DNA from: the human T2T-CHM13v2.0 reference genome, Homo sapiens
Reading direction: 5' to 3' (one strand)
DNA length: 64,000 nt
NCBI RefSeq assembly: GCF_009914755.1
Contig: NC_060932.1
Part shown: positions 27,091-38,360 of the stretch, in pieces
Numbering within the stretch: position 1 is the first letter of the stretch
Layout of the letters: each line of letters opens with the position of its first letter
The notes under the pieces: generated by a model
What the model saw: only the letters and a program-made list of their open reading frames with translations
Database searches by the model: none
Told to the model about the DNA's origin: nothing
Made by a program: the position numbers and the translations under genes

Positions 27091-27999
27091 CGGTGTGCTT
27101 CCTCTTTCCATTTAAATCTTGAGGGTCTTGAGTCTGACAAAAACTTCCCTCCAACATTTAGTATTTTTAAAAGTCAGTTCTACTGTATGATAATTAAAAT
27201 AATAAACTTGAAAAAAATAATTGTTCATTAATTCCAAAATGTCTACCGAGCACCTGGGTAAGTTTGGGTTCGTGATAATGAATCTGAGGTAGGTTTGAGA
27301 GTTTGAGAGCTTGGAAAAGAAGCTGGAGTTCCTGAGAGCAATCCTGAGATAGTGACTAAGGAGGAGAGATGGAGTGGGGGAGGCAGAGGAGGGGGGAAAG
27401 GCCATTGAGTTGTATGAGGATAGGGTCAACATGGACTAAAAGGCCAGTGGTATTCCCTGGTGGCTTAACCCAGGCGTATTTTTAAATCAGACATAGCTTG
27501 TGCCTAATTTAGTTACTTTACTGCAATAGAAATCCTCCCCACTTTAAACTTTATTAAATTTCACTAAATCCACTAATGTTGGTGGGAGTGTTGTTGGTTG
27601 GTTGGTTAGTTAGTTTTGAAAGAAGTGAGAAAATTTAGCTTTACTGAGCAGAAAGAGAAACCTGGAAATACTAAGAATGCAAAATCCTCCCCCTGCCTGA
27701 CTTCCACTCCAATCATTCATATTATGTTGCTTCTTAAATTTTCTCAGAGCATAGAATTTTGGGTTCAGGTCTATCTTATTCTGCTCTTGGGGTGTAGGAA
27801 GGCCTCAACTGAGATCCAGATAACATTGTAATTAAATATATGTTTATCATTACAAACAAGATGAGATAGCTACCTAATTGCTGACCCTAAACCCTCTAAC
27901 TGGTAGATGCAGACTGGCAGTCTTTTCTAACAAAGCATGAAATTCAAGTGTCAGAAGAGACCCAAAGCTTACCTAGTTCTGTCTCCCCTTTGATCCTGA

Positions 28000-29600
28000 A
28001 ATTCCTCTAAAACTTCCCTACCACGCGATCCATCGTTTGTTTGTTTTTTCCCTCTTGAATTCTTCCAGTGACAGAGAACTTAGTAACTCCTGAAGCAGGT
28101 TATTTCACCCAAGAAACTTAGCTTTTACCCATAGTCGTAGTTTATTTATTTATTATTTTTTAGGAACACAATCTCTTTATGTCAGCTTGAGATACAAATG
28201 TTCAGTTTAGATGATAAGAATGAGGAAAATACTGGAGACAATGTCTAGCTCCTGTGCCTGTCCCAGTAAACTCCAGTGGAAAAAGAAACTAAACAGGATC
28301 TGGATAGTTTCAGTCTATTGTATCCAGCTTATCAAATCCACAGCCTGGTACTTCTGGAACAAGGCTGCCCCAGGGATGACAGTTAAAGATGAAGATGGCA
28401 AATATAAGGAATTCAACATGTCTGTGCAGGGCAGTCTGATGTCTCCATATGTTCTCTAAAATTCCATATTTTGTCAGAGCTGGGAGTGAGAGCAGGGTGC
28501 TTGCCTGTTTGGGTCCCACTGCTCCTCTGATTCTGCTTTGCTGCCTTGGAGGAGAACAGGTTTAGATCCTCTAGAGGCTGGTGGGGCCATGCCCTTGGCA
28601 GCTTGCTGGGCTAACCAGTACTTCTATCTTTTGATTTTGGGCCTCTCAAAGTTTACCAGAGACATAGGCACCCTCACAGTACCAAGCCCATTTACCGTCA
28701 CCTCACAACAGTACTTGCCCCACCGAGTGAGGGGCTCTTCCGGTAATTTTATTATATGGGGGTGACCACACCACCAAGATTCTTGAAGAAGTGGCAGGCA
28801 ACTGTTTCAGGGTTCAGCTCCCGTTTGACACTGTTCTTCATCCCTACCTCCAGGTGACAGCTTTTCAGAAATGTCACTGTTGCCTCACCTGCCTTGGTCT
28901 GGATCTTCTGTAACTTTCCTCCTGGTCTCAGCAATTTCTCCTCTTCAAACAGCTTCTTGTTTTCAGGTGATGCATATGCAGCCAGTCTCTGAGAAAGGAG
29001 TTGATTCCGATCCACAGATTTCTTTACTGAGATCAGGTCACCCCAGACTCCAAGTGTCTCCACAGACTGTGTGAAGATGATCTCCAGATTTTCTTTGGGC
29101 CAGTGCTCCGTGTCCTCCACCAGCTTGTCGATGTAGTGTCGCTGGTGCAGACGCAGCTTCTGGCCCTCCCTGGCCAGTGGTACCTTCCATCCACCCAGTG
29201 CTCCACAATGCCGAGGGCACGACAGTCCCATAGTCATAGTTTATTCCTTTGGAGCCATATTGAATGACTGAGATTTCCGGCCTAGATGACTGTCAGCCTT
29301 TTCTGACTCTTCCCTTCTCCCATCCCAGGTTACACATCCCCAAAGTCAGCAACCATTTCTCTTAGGACATTCTGTGGGAACTTTTGTCATCCTGGCTGCT
29401 TTCCCTGGAAGAATTTCCCATTTGTCTGTAACCTTTAAAGTATGACAGCCACACCCAAACATTATTCCAGGAACTTTCTGACCAACACAGTATAGATCCA
29501 GATTATCACCTCCGTCTGAACGGACGCATCATTCCAGTAACATGAACTATATTTTAGTCATTCTTTGACAACAGTTATTAAATGGCTTAAGGATAATGTG
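28000..29600 (-). mobile_element. L3/CR1 LINE fragment split by the MRPL9 retrocopy (pieces ~28000-28140 and ~29227-29600)
   Basis: CTTGAATTCTTCCAGTGACAGAGAAC...TTTTACCCATAGTC | TTTGGAGCCAT...CCAGGTTACACATCCCC...TCATCCTGGCTGC...CTGACCAACACAGTATAG...GATTATCACCTCC is colinear with the recalled L3 consensus. Confidence 0.65.
28141..29226 (-). pseudogene. MRPL9P1: 5'-truncated processed pseudogene of mitochondrial ribosomal protein L9 (MRPL9/bL9m)
   Basis: ORF 28752-29237 encodes [65 protein letters not shown], recognisably MRPL9. After a 1-nt frameshift near 28757 it continues [37 protein letters not shown] with a premature TAG at 28624-28626. Intronless; 3'UTR to ~28163; poly(A) remnant 28141-28161; TSD CCCATAGTC(G/A)TAGTTTATT at 28128 and 29227. 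The P1 symbol is from memory and assumes human. Confidence 0.95.
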
Positions 29601-29679
29601 CATTTTAATCTATGTTGCTACTTAACTCCTATTTTGAATCTGTCTTTTTTTCTTTACGTTCTAGAAGATGGTCTTAAAT

Positions 29680-29885
29680 GTATAATGGAAATGACATGAA
29701 CTTCAAAGTTAGATATTTCCATATGCATATAGTCTACATCATTTTAACTCTGTGTTTTTAAGAAAGTTACTTAACTTCTCTGAGACTCAGTTTCAATACT
29801 TGTGTAAGAGTTGGATAATGTCTACTTGTTTAGTTTTTTAAGGCTTAAATGAAATAATATATGTAAAATAATTCGCAATGATGTC
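29680..29885 (+). mobile_element. MIR SINE
   Basis: AAGTTACTTAACTTCTCTGAGACTCAGTTTC...TTAAATGAAATAATATATGTAAA. Confidence 0.85.
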
Positions 29886-29952
29886 AAAGTGTAGATTTTT
29901 CTGTTGTGCAGCAGTTATCTTGGCCCATGTCCTAGCCCCTAGCCCATTAATA

Positions 29953-30266
29953 TTTTTTTTCTTTTTTCTTTTTTCTTTTTCTTTTTTTTTTGAGAGAGAG
30001 TCTCACTCTGTTGCCCAGATTGAAGTGCAGTAGCACAATCTTGGCTCCCTGCATCCCCCACCTCCTGGGTTCCAGCAGTTCTCCTGCTTCAGCCTCCCAA
30101 GTAACTGGGATTAGAGGCATGTGCCATCATGCCTAGATAATTTTTGTATTTTTAGTAGAGACGGGGTTTCACCGTGTTGGCCAGGCTGGTCTCAAACTCC
30201 TGACCTCAGGTGATCCACTCTTCTCAGCCTCCCAAAGTGCTGGGATTACAGGTGTGAGCCATCGTG
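29953..30266 (-). mobile_element. Alu (AluSx/Sz)
   Basis: T-rich tail; GTTGGCCAGGCTGGTCTCAAACTCCTGACCTCAGGTGATCC. Confidence 0.95.
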
Positions 30267-30744
30267 TGGATTTCATGATCCAGTAAATTAGGTATTCTTC
30301 CCAGGGTTTCAGCATTCATGAATTCTAACATGCTTTCAAGATTTTCATCCTAACGGGACAATGCAAATAGGGATGTTTTCTAGTAAGGAATTTTTCAAAT
30401 TGATGCTAACCCGTATTTTTACTGACCAAAAAAAAGTAGGAAAAATAAAGCTTCTAGAATTTAGCAAATCACAAAGGCATTCCCATGCGCAAGGTGGTCA
30501 TCTAAAGACTGCATAGTTGTAACGTTAGGTAGAATTCAAATGCTTCCTAGATGTAACCTGATTTAGTTTATGTCAACTCTTTGTAGCAGACTATAAAGAT
30601 ATCATCACCTCTCTTTTACAGCGGACCTTAAAGAAGTTCACAAAAATAATAAGTATTTTATATCCTTGCCTCAATAATCATGAGTCTTTATTTTAAATAC
30701 CCATGGTATAATAAAAAACTTCTTTCACATAGAAAAAAATGCAC

Positions 30745-31960
30745 TTGATTCTTTCAACAAATATTTATTTAGCATCTACATACACCTGACACTGTCCTTG
30801 GCAGAGAGGAAAGCAGCAAAGGTCTGCCTGTGCTTTCATGGATATTTTGCTGGAAAAGGACAATAAACAAACAAATGAATAAAAAATGTGTCAAGTGATT
30901 ATACAAGTAATGAGAAAATCAAATTGGAAATGGAAAATGTGGGGACATCAGTGATGGTGCTGGTGCTCTCTTAGATAAGAATGGTTGGAAGAATCCACTC
31001 TTACACAAACTTCCATCTGTGCAGAGACCTTAGGAATCTAAGTAATCTGAGAAAACTGCAGCCCAGGCAGTGGGCTTAGCAAGTTCAAAGATGCTAAAGG
31101 AAGTATGTTTGGCTTGTTTAAGTAACAGCAAAAAGGTCCGTGAGACTAGGGTAGAATGATGGCAGAGCTGTAGTTGTGCTGGAAAATAGATCAGAGAGAT
31201 GGGGGACCACGCCATGCGGGGTCTTTGAAGATATAAGTATGGATTTACTATGTTAAAGGGGCCTCAGCAGAGGAATAACATGATCTGACCTGTATTTTAA
31301 AAGGATCGCCATGGTTGCTGTGGGCAATGTGGACTGGAACGTACAGGGTGAAATAAGAGAGATCAATGAATAGCTATTGCAATAACCCAGATGAGATATA
31401 ATATGATTTAGACTAGAGTCCTAATGATGAAGGTGGTGACAAGTGATCTGTTTTTTGGGTATTTTGAAAGTAGAGCCTCAGGACTTGCTAATGATATTGT
31501 ATGTGGGGTATACAAGGAAAAGAATAGTGAAGAATTATTTTGTACTGAAAAGCAGGAAGAATGGAGTAGCCTTTTACTAAAGTTTGGAGTCTGTGAAAAG
31601 AATCACAGATTTTAGAAGTTAAAAATCAGGAGTTTGTTTTGGACATATTAAGATTTAGATGCCTAGTACATATATCCACCTGGAGATTATGAGAAAGTCT
31701 CTGCCTAGGATTCTGGAGTCCAATTCTGGAGAGGTCTGCACTACAGAAAAAAAATGTAGAGTTTCTAGAGAATAAATGTGATTTAAAGCCTTGAGAGTAC
31801 ATGGGTCACCTAGTGAATGAGAAGTGATGGGGAAAAAAAAGATAAAAAGTTGAATCTGCAACATTTACACACAGTCAGGAAAATGAGTGACATTCAGAGA
31901 TTGACATTGAGATGCAGTGGCCCGTGAGGTAGAAGGCAAGATGAAGAAAGTGTTCTAAAT
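30745..31960 (-). mobile_element. L2a LINE 3' portion
   Basis: TTCAACAAATATTTATTTAGCATCTAC...ACATGATCTGACCTGTATTTTAAAAGGATC...GGAGTTTGTTTTGGACATATTAAG. Confidence 0.88.
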
Positions 31961-33346
31961 GGCAAACAACAATTTCTCAATACCATTGACAGTGATTCTT
32001 TGATTATATCATATAATACTAGCTGTATTCACAGGACTGAAACACAAAATAGTTGAATTTGTTTAAAGTTGAATGCTCTCTTATAAGTAGGCATCCATCT
32101 TGGAGTAGTGTGACTGGGAACATTCTCATGAGAGTTGGACTGCAGCGTGTGCTTCAGTGTTTAGTCTTCCTCAGCTACAGCAACTCTGTCTGAATTTGGC
32201 TTTGACCCTTCTTTCATTTCAAATCCTTGCATTAGCTAAAAGCAAGCTCTTACTCCCCATCTCTGCCACCCATGTAGCAGAGCGAAACCTGTAATTCACA
32301 GGAGACAAAGAACAGAAATAAAGATTCTGGTTCATAAGTTAATAAACAACCAATTGTGATGTTAAAGGCTAAATACATTTAGACATGTGTGGTCACATTG
32401 CTTTATGTTTGTCAGTCTCATTTTATATATCCTGGACCAACAAAGCCAACAAGCGGGGACACACACAGATATAAGGTCAGTTCAAGGGTTCAACAAAGTG
32501 CTCAAAATGATAGAATCAGCAGATAAAATGCTTCACAGGTTGCTAAGATACCTTAATCTGGGAAAAGAATCAGAATTAAGTTTTTGTTAAGAGGTTTATC
32601 ATTCCCTATCCTGATCCTTTGATAGAGATAGTCTATAGGAATCTTAGCTTTGCAATTATATGGTTGGAGTAATTGGGGAAAAGTTTAGAAAAAGGGTTTG
32701 AACAAGAAAGATAATAGCTTAAGAATTTGAGAAGTCACTTGGGGAGAGTTGGGTCATCTTGAAATTGCTTTAGGCAAGTTTAAGCTGTTTAGAAGATTTT
32801 CTTTTTGTAAAGGAATAAAAAACTAAGCAATAATATTCTTCTGTGTGGATTTGCTACTGATGACTAATATGGTTGCGATCATAAAATCCATTTATTTAAG
32901 GAAAAAATTAATAAATCTTGTTTTTATTTAACCTTTGTGAAAAATTATGTTTTTGCACGTTTTACATACTGCTATTTACTTCAAGCCATTTAATTTACTT
33001 TTTCCTTGGTAAAGAAAAAAGATGTTATTTCAGTCCTTAATCATTCAAAGCAATGCTAATAGACACCATATTGCAGATTTTGAAAATAAATTTGTAAATT
33101 TATGTGCCTATATAAACCTGTTTGTGTGTCTATATAAACCTATATAGACACACCTATTATGTGTCTATATAAACCTATAAACCTATATAAAGTTATACAA
33201 GAAAGAGTTCTTGTATGCCATTTTTTTGATTCAATTATTTATAACTGCCCATATTTGCTAGTAAGTTATTCTCTTTCCCTCAATAGATGAGAGGGTGGGT
33301 GTGTGTTTCTTTGTAAACCATTGAGAGCAAGTTGCAGAGGTAGTGA

Positions 33347-33644
33347 TTTTTTTTTTCTTTTTTTTAGATGGAGTCTCTCTCTGTTGCCAGGCTATAGTAC
33401 AGTGGCACAATCTTGGCTCACTGTAGCCTCCACCTTCCGGATTCAAGCAATTCTCCTGCCTCAGCCTCCTGAGTAGCTGGGACTACAGGCGCGTGCTGCC
33501 ACACCCGGCTAATTTTTTTGTATTTTTAGTAGAGAGGGGGTTTCACCATGTTGGCCAGGATGGTCTTGATCTCCTGACCTCGTGATCCACCCACCTCGGC
33601 CTCCCAAAGTGCTGGGATTACAGGCGTGAGCCACCGTGCCTGGC
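33347..33644 (-). mobile_element. Alu (AluSc)
   Basis: TGTTGCCAGGC (1-nt deletion) and CCAGGATGGTCTTGATCTCCTGACCTCGTGATCC. Confidence 0.95.
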
Positions 33645-33766
33645 TGGTGACATTTTATCTCTAATACTTCAATGTATATTTCCTGAGAACAAGAGCATTC
33701 TCATGCATGATCACAGCACAGTTATAACAATCAAGACCTTTAACATATATACAATATTATTACTGA

Positions 33767-34117
<351 letters not shown>

Positions 34118-34534
34118 TATGATTAAGTTTTTAACAATCCAGAATTCATTCCAGGATGACACATTACCTTTTAATCTCCTTTTCCTCTTTTGGATCTCAT
34201 CTGATCTGGAACATTTCCCCAGACTTTATTTGTCATATACAACTTTGACATTTTGGAAAGAGTACAGGCCATGGTGTTTAAAAACGATAGAGAGATGTAT
34301 ATGAAATGTAAATGGCTGTATATGGGTATACTCTGCCTTTATTCACTGAGAGGTTTACAAGTAATGGCACCTCCCTAGCCATGTGCACACCTGACATCCA
34401 GAACTTGATTTCTAAATACCATTTCCCACTAAAAGGAATCTGGGTTCTCTGGAGAAATGGCTGTTTATGGCACTGGAGCTTATATTCTGCCAGAAGCAAG
34501 AAAAAAATAAAAAATTATTAAATTATGCAAGCAA

Positions 34535-35360
34535 TTATATATTGTGAGAGGTGCTATAATAAAATATAGATGATATATTAAGGGAGAGTCCAACTTTTGT
34601 TATGGTGGTTAGGGCAAGACTCTCTGAATAAGTTTCGTTTAAGCTGAGACTCAGAGAAGGGAAAGGGGAAGCCATGCAAAGAATGTGGAGAAGAGAATTA
34701 GGTATAAGGAACAGAAAGTTAAAAGACCCTGATGTCAAAAGGGTTTAGCTTGCTCACAGATGAGAGGAAAGCATTGTGGTTGGAGCCTAGTACTGGGTAA
34801 TGTTGGTGGGGATGGCCAGGGAGAATGTGGGTGTGATATCACATCAGGTTGGAAAGACAGGCATGAGCTACTAAACTTAGCAATTTACACTGTATTCTGG
34901 GTAGAATGGGAAAATCTTAGGAAGATTTAATGTGGGTAGTGACATGATGTGACTTATGTGTTTAAAAGATCATTCTGGCTGCTTTGTGAAAAATAAATTA
35001 GAAAGGGTTTGAGAATGGAAGCAGAGAGACCTGATAAAAGACAATGATGAAAGCTCAGGCAAGAAATAATGGTGGCCTGCACAAGGGTGGTGGCAGTAGA
35101 GATAAAAATATGTGGATGAATTCAGATTACATTTTGGACTAGTGTTAGATTAAATGTGTGATGTGGCTGAGGAAAAAGGAAACTTGAAGGAAAATGTCCA
35201 GGTTAGAATCTTGGCATCAAGCTTAGAGAAGAAAAGCAACACCTCCATTTTGTTGATTGAGTGTGTTTGAAACAAGTTTTTGATTGGAGTGTGTTGATGG
35301 GAGTGTTTGAAATGAGTTTTAGAAACCAAATGAAAATATATTACATGAACAGGAAAAATG
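34535..35360 (-). mobile_element. L2 LINE fragment
   Basis: TTTAAGCTGAGAC...GTGACATGATGTGACTTATGTGTTTAAAAGATCATTCTGGCTGCT...GGTGGTGGCAGTAGAGAT. Confidence 0.85.
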
Positions 35361-37419
35361 TACAACAATTTAAAGTTCCTATGGGATATTCTTACTTTTT
35401 TTATGAGATTAGGGTTCACTACTTAAATGAGAATATCTGCATCATTTCATCAAACATGAAAAGTTAAAGGAAATCTTAGTTATCTTCAGATTTTCTGGAA
35501 ATTTAAATAGTACTATGTGTGCTTGGAAAGATAAAATATTGAGATTACCTACAATGATTTAAGGGGAAAATTATAAGACAAATTAATTTTCTAAGATAGT
35601 TTGAAGCTACAATTGAATAAAGGAGAATGTAAGTTAAACATCAGAAGTAATTTTCTAGGCAAGAATAATTCAAATCATAATGTCTTTTAAAGGCTTGTGA
35701 AAGTTCTTTCAACTGAAACATTAAAAATGAGAATTTAGAAAGCCTAGTTTAAAAGGAAGAAAAATATATTGCAAAGGAGATGAAATAAATGCTCTAATAA
35801 TGTTTTTAAAAGTCTTATTACTGTTTGTGAAACCAAATCCAGTTAGTTAAATATTCCACCTTTGTCCACAGTGCTCTTTGTATAATGTATTGCAATTAGT
35901 GAAGGTGAAGTTAAACGGGCCAGTGTAATATTTTAGATGCCATTTCTGGAAGTTTCTGTAATATTGAGTAGAAATTTTATTAAGGAGCATATCTCATGCA
36001 AAATGAGGGTGTGCCAAAGAGAGGCAGGAGAAAATTAGACTATCAATTTCCAGAAAAAAAAAAGAATATTTACCGCTACTTGAGTGCAGGGAAAATAGAT
36101 TTTGGAAGAGTATAACATAACATTCAGCTGAAAAAGATAATGTAATTCTTGTGAATAAAAGAATTTGATCTCAAATGCAAAGAAGTTTCATTCCAAAACA
36201 ACTCTCATAAACACAGTGTATGTAAATATGATTTATTTTTAAAAATGGACACATTATTTCCATTTTTAAGGTTAGATCTTGAAATTATATGTATTAATCT
36301 ATTTTCCATTAAGAATTCTACTTTTACAGAAAAGTTATTTGGGGCAAATTATATTCTTGATCCCAAGGATTGGCAGTCTTTTTATCGTACATAGGTATTT
36401 AAAATTTTTTTAGCAAAAATAATTTTAATATACCATTTCTGTGAAAGCAGTGATTTTAATTAAAAATAAGTGTGTCATTATTTATATATTGATTCCCCAA
36501 TTTGTCTCCAAAAGGATTTGAAACAGAGTGTAACATTATGAATCTGGGAAGCAAAGCATCTCTGTCATTATACAACATTACACCTCAGTAAAAGGGGAGA
36601 TGTGAGGGCTGTTTAAATGCCATGAAGAGAGGCATGAGAAAAATCAATACTGAAATGAGTAATTGAATGATGTTGGCAGGGGCTGAGTAGGTCATCATTA
36701 GGCATGACATGATTATGACGACATTTCTAGAGTTATTCGACCTAATGTACATGATATCTAGTAAGACTAGAAATTACATTTACTGCTTTGATTTACATAA
36801 CGCTTTAAATAATTAGAATGTAGTCATCAGGCTAATATGATGCAGAGGAAGATGGAATAATCAGACAGTAAGATAATTCAGTGGCAATGGTGACCTTGAC
36901 AATGCTGGCATTTTGTTACTTTCTTGAGAACCTGAGAAAACACTTCCTCACTGAAAGTAAGACTACAGACCTTATAAAAGAGAACTAAAAACAAAATTCA
37001 ACACAGCCAATAATGATACTTGTGAGACCTTCTGTGGCACATGCTTATGATAGACATTTCTACCTGGAGAGTGAAGTAGGTAACCTTATTTAGTACATGA
37101 TAATTGGTGCAGCATCCCAGATGAGCATCTTTTTATTTATTAAACCTTATGTCCTGTAACCAAAGCAGAGACTTCCATTTGGGGCTTTCCAACATTCTGG
37201 AATCTCCCCGAGAGCAGATTTTTGCTTTTTCTTCCTTTCTTAGTAATGTTGTTACATCCAGAAAAGGAAAGGCAGAGCAATGCTGGAGAACACTACTGTT
37301 AGGTCCTATTTTACTCATATTATGTAGCTCTGTATGTTCGAACCACATCTTCTTAGAAATGGACTCTATTTGAAAATAAAAAGAAAAGAAAAATTATAAA
37401 GGTTATATTGAATATTTCT

Positions 37420-38360
37420 AGTAATGCAAAACTCATATTCTCCCTTAAGACAACTAGCGCCTTGATGAATAGCAATAGTGATTGAGGGGGGGAAAACTGT
37501 CCTGTATGGTAGCGAAATATACCTCTCTACAACCCTCGCCTGTTGTTCTGATTGCATTCTTAAAGCACTACAGGGAATGTGCTTAGTCTCTTTTCTAGAA
37601 ACAATTTTTCATATATTTGAAGAGAGTCACTACATTCTCAGCCTTCACTTTTTTAGACAAAACAGTCTCACCTTTTTTAACTAACAGAATATTGATTCTA
37701 GAACTCCCACTTACGCTAGTGGTCTCTCCTTACATACTCTGTGCTCTAAATGTATGCTGACAAGGACTGAAAATGATGCACCAACTGTTTTTCCCCAGGA
37801 TATCATCTTATTTTCTCTAGGCACTCTGTTCCTATTAGTATTACATTAACAACAACAAAAATAAAGTGAGCAATTGGACTCCCTCATTTTATTGTTAATT
37901 TACTGAGTTTGCTGCTAACAAAAATCCTCTAATTCCTTTTTACATGATGTTCTTGTGTACTAATTTTCTACAATCTTTCAAGGTCCATTTTTCAAATTTA
38001 TATTCTTGCCTTTACATCTAACCCAGAAAATCGTTGTAATTTTTTAATGCTAATTTGGTCTTCTAAGGATGTTCTCACACACTGTCTCCCACTCTGGCTC
38101 TTGCCCTTTATCTCTATCTCTGTCTCCATCTCTCTCAGTCTGGGGCCATCCTTAAATCTGCTTCTGTTGCACGGGCCAGGGAGAAGGTTGAAGCTCTGCA
38201 ACCTGCCCCTAGAGACACTCCCAGGAGGATCTGGATACACCAGGGTGTTCCAAGTTAATATTGTCAGCCAGCCAGCCAGCATCTTCTTTTCTGCAGGACT
38301 ATAAGTAAATGCATTATCAAGTAACTGCTAATATTTAGTTACATTTTCTTTATACAGAGC
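37420..38360 (-). mobile_element. L3/CR1 LINE fragment (highly degenerate)
   Basis: TTCATATATTTGAAGAGAG...TAGACAAAACAG...TACTGAGTTTGCTGCTAACAAAAATCCTC...CCTAGAGACACTCCC are CR1-like motifs. Confidence 0.5.
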
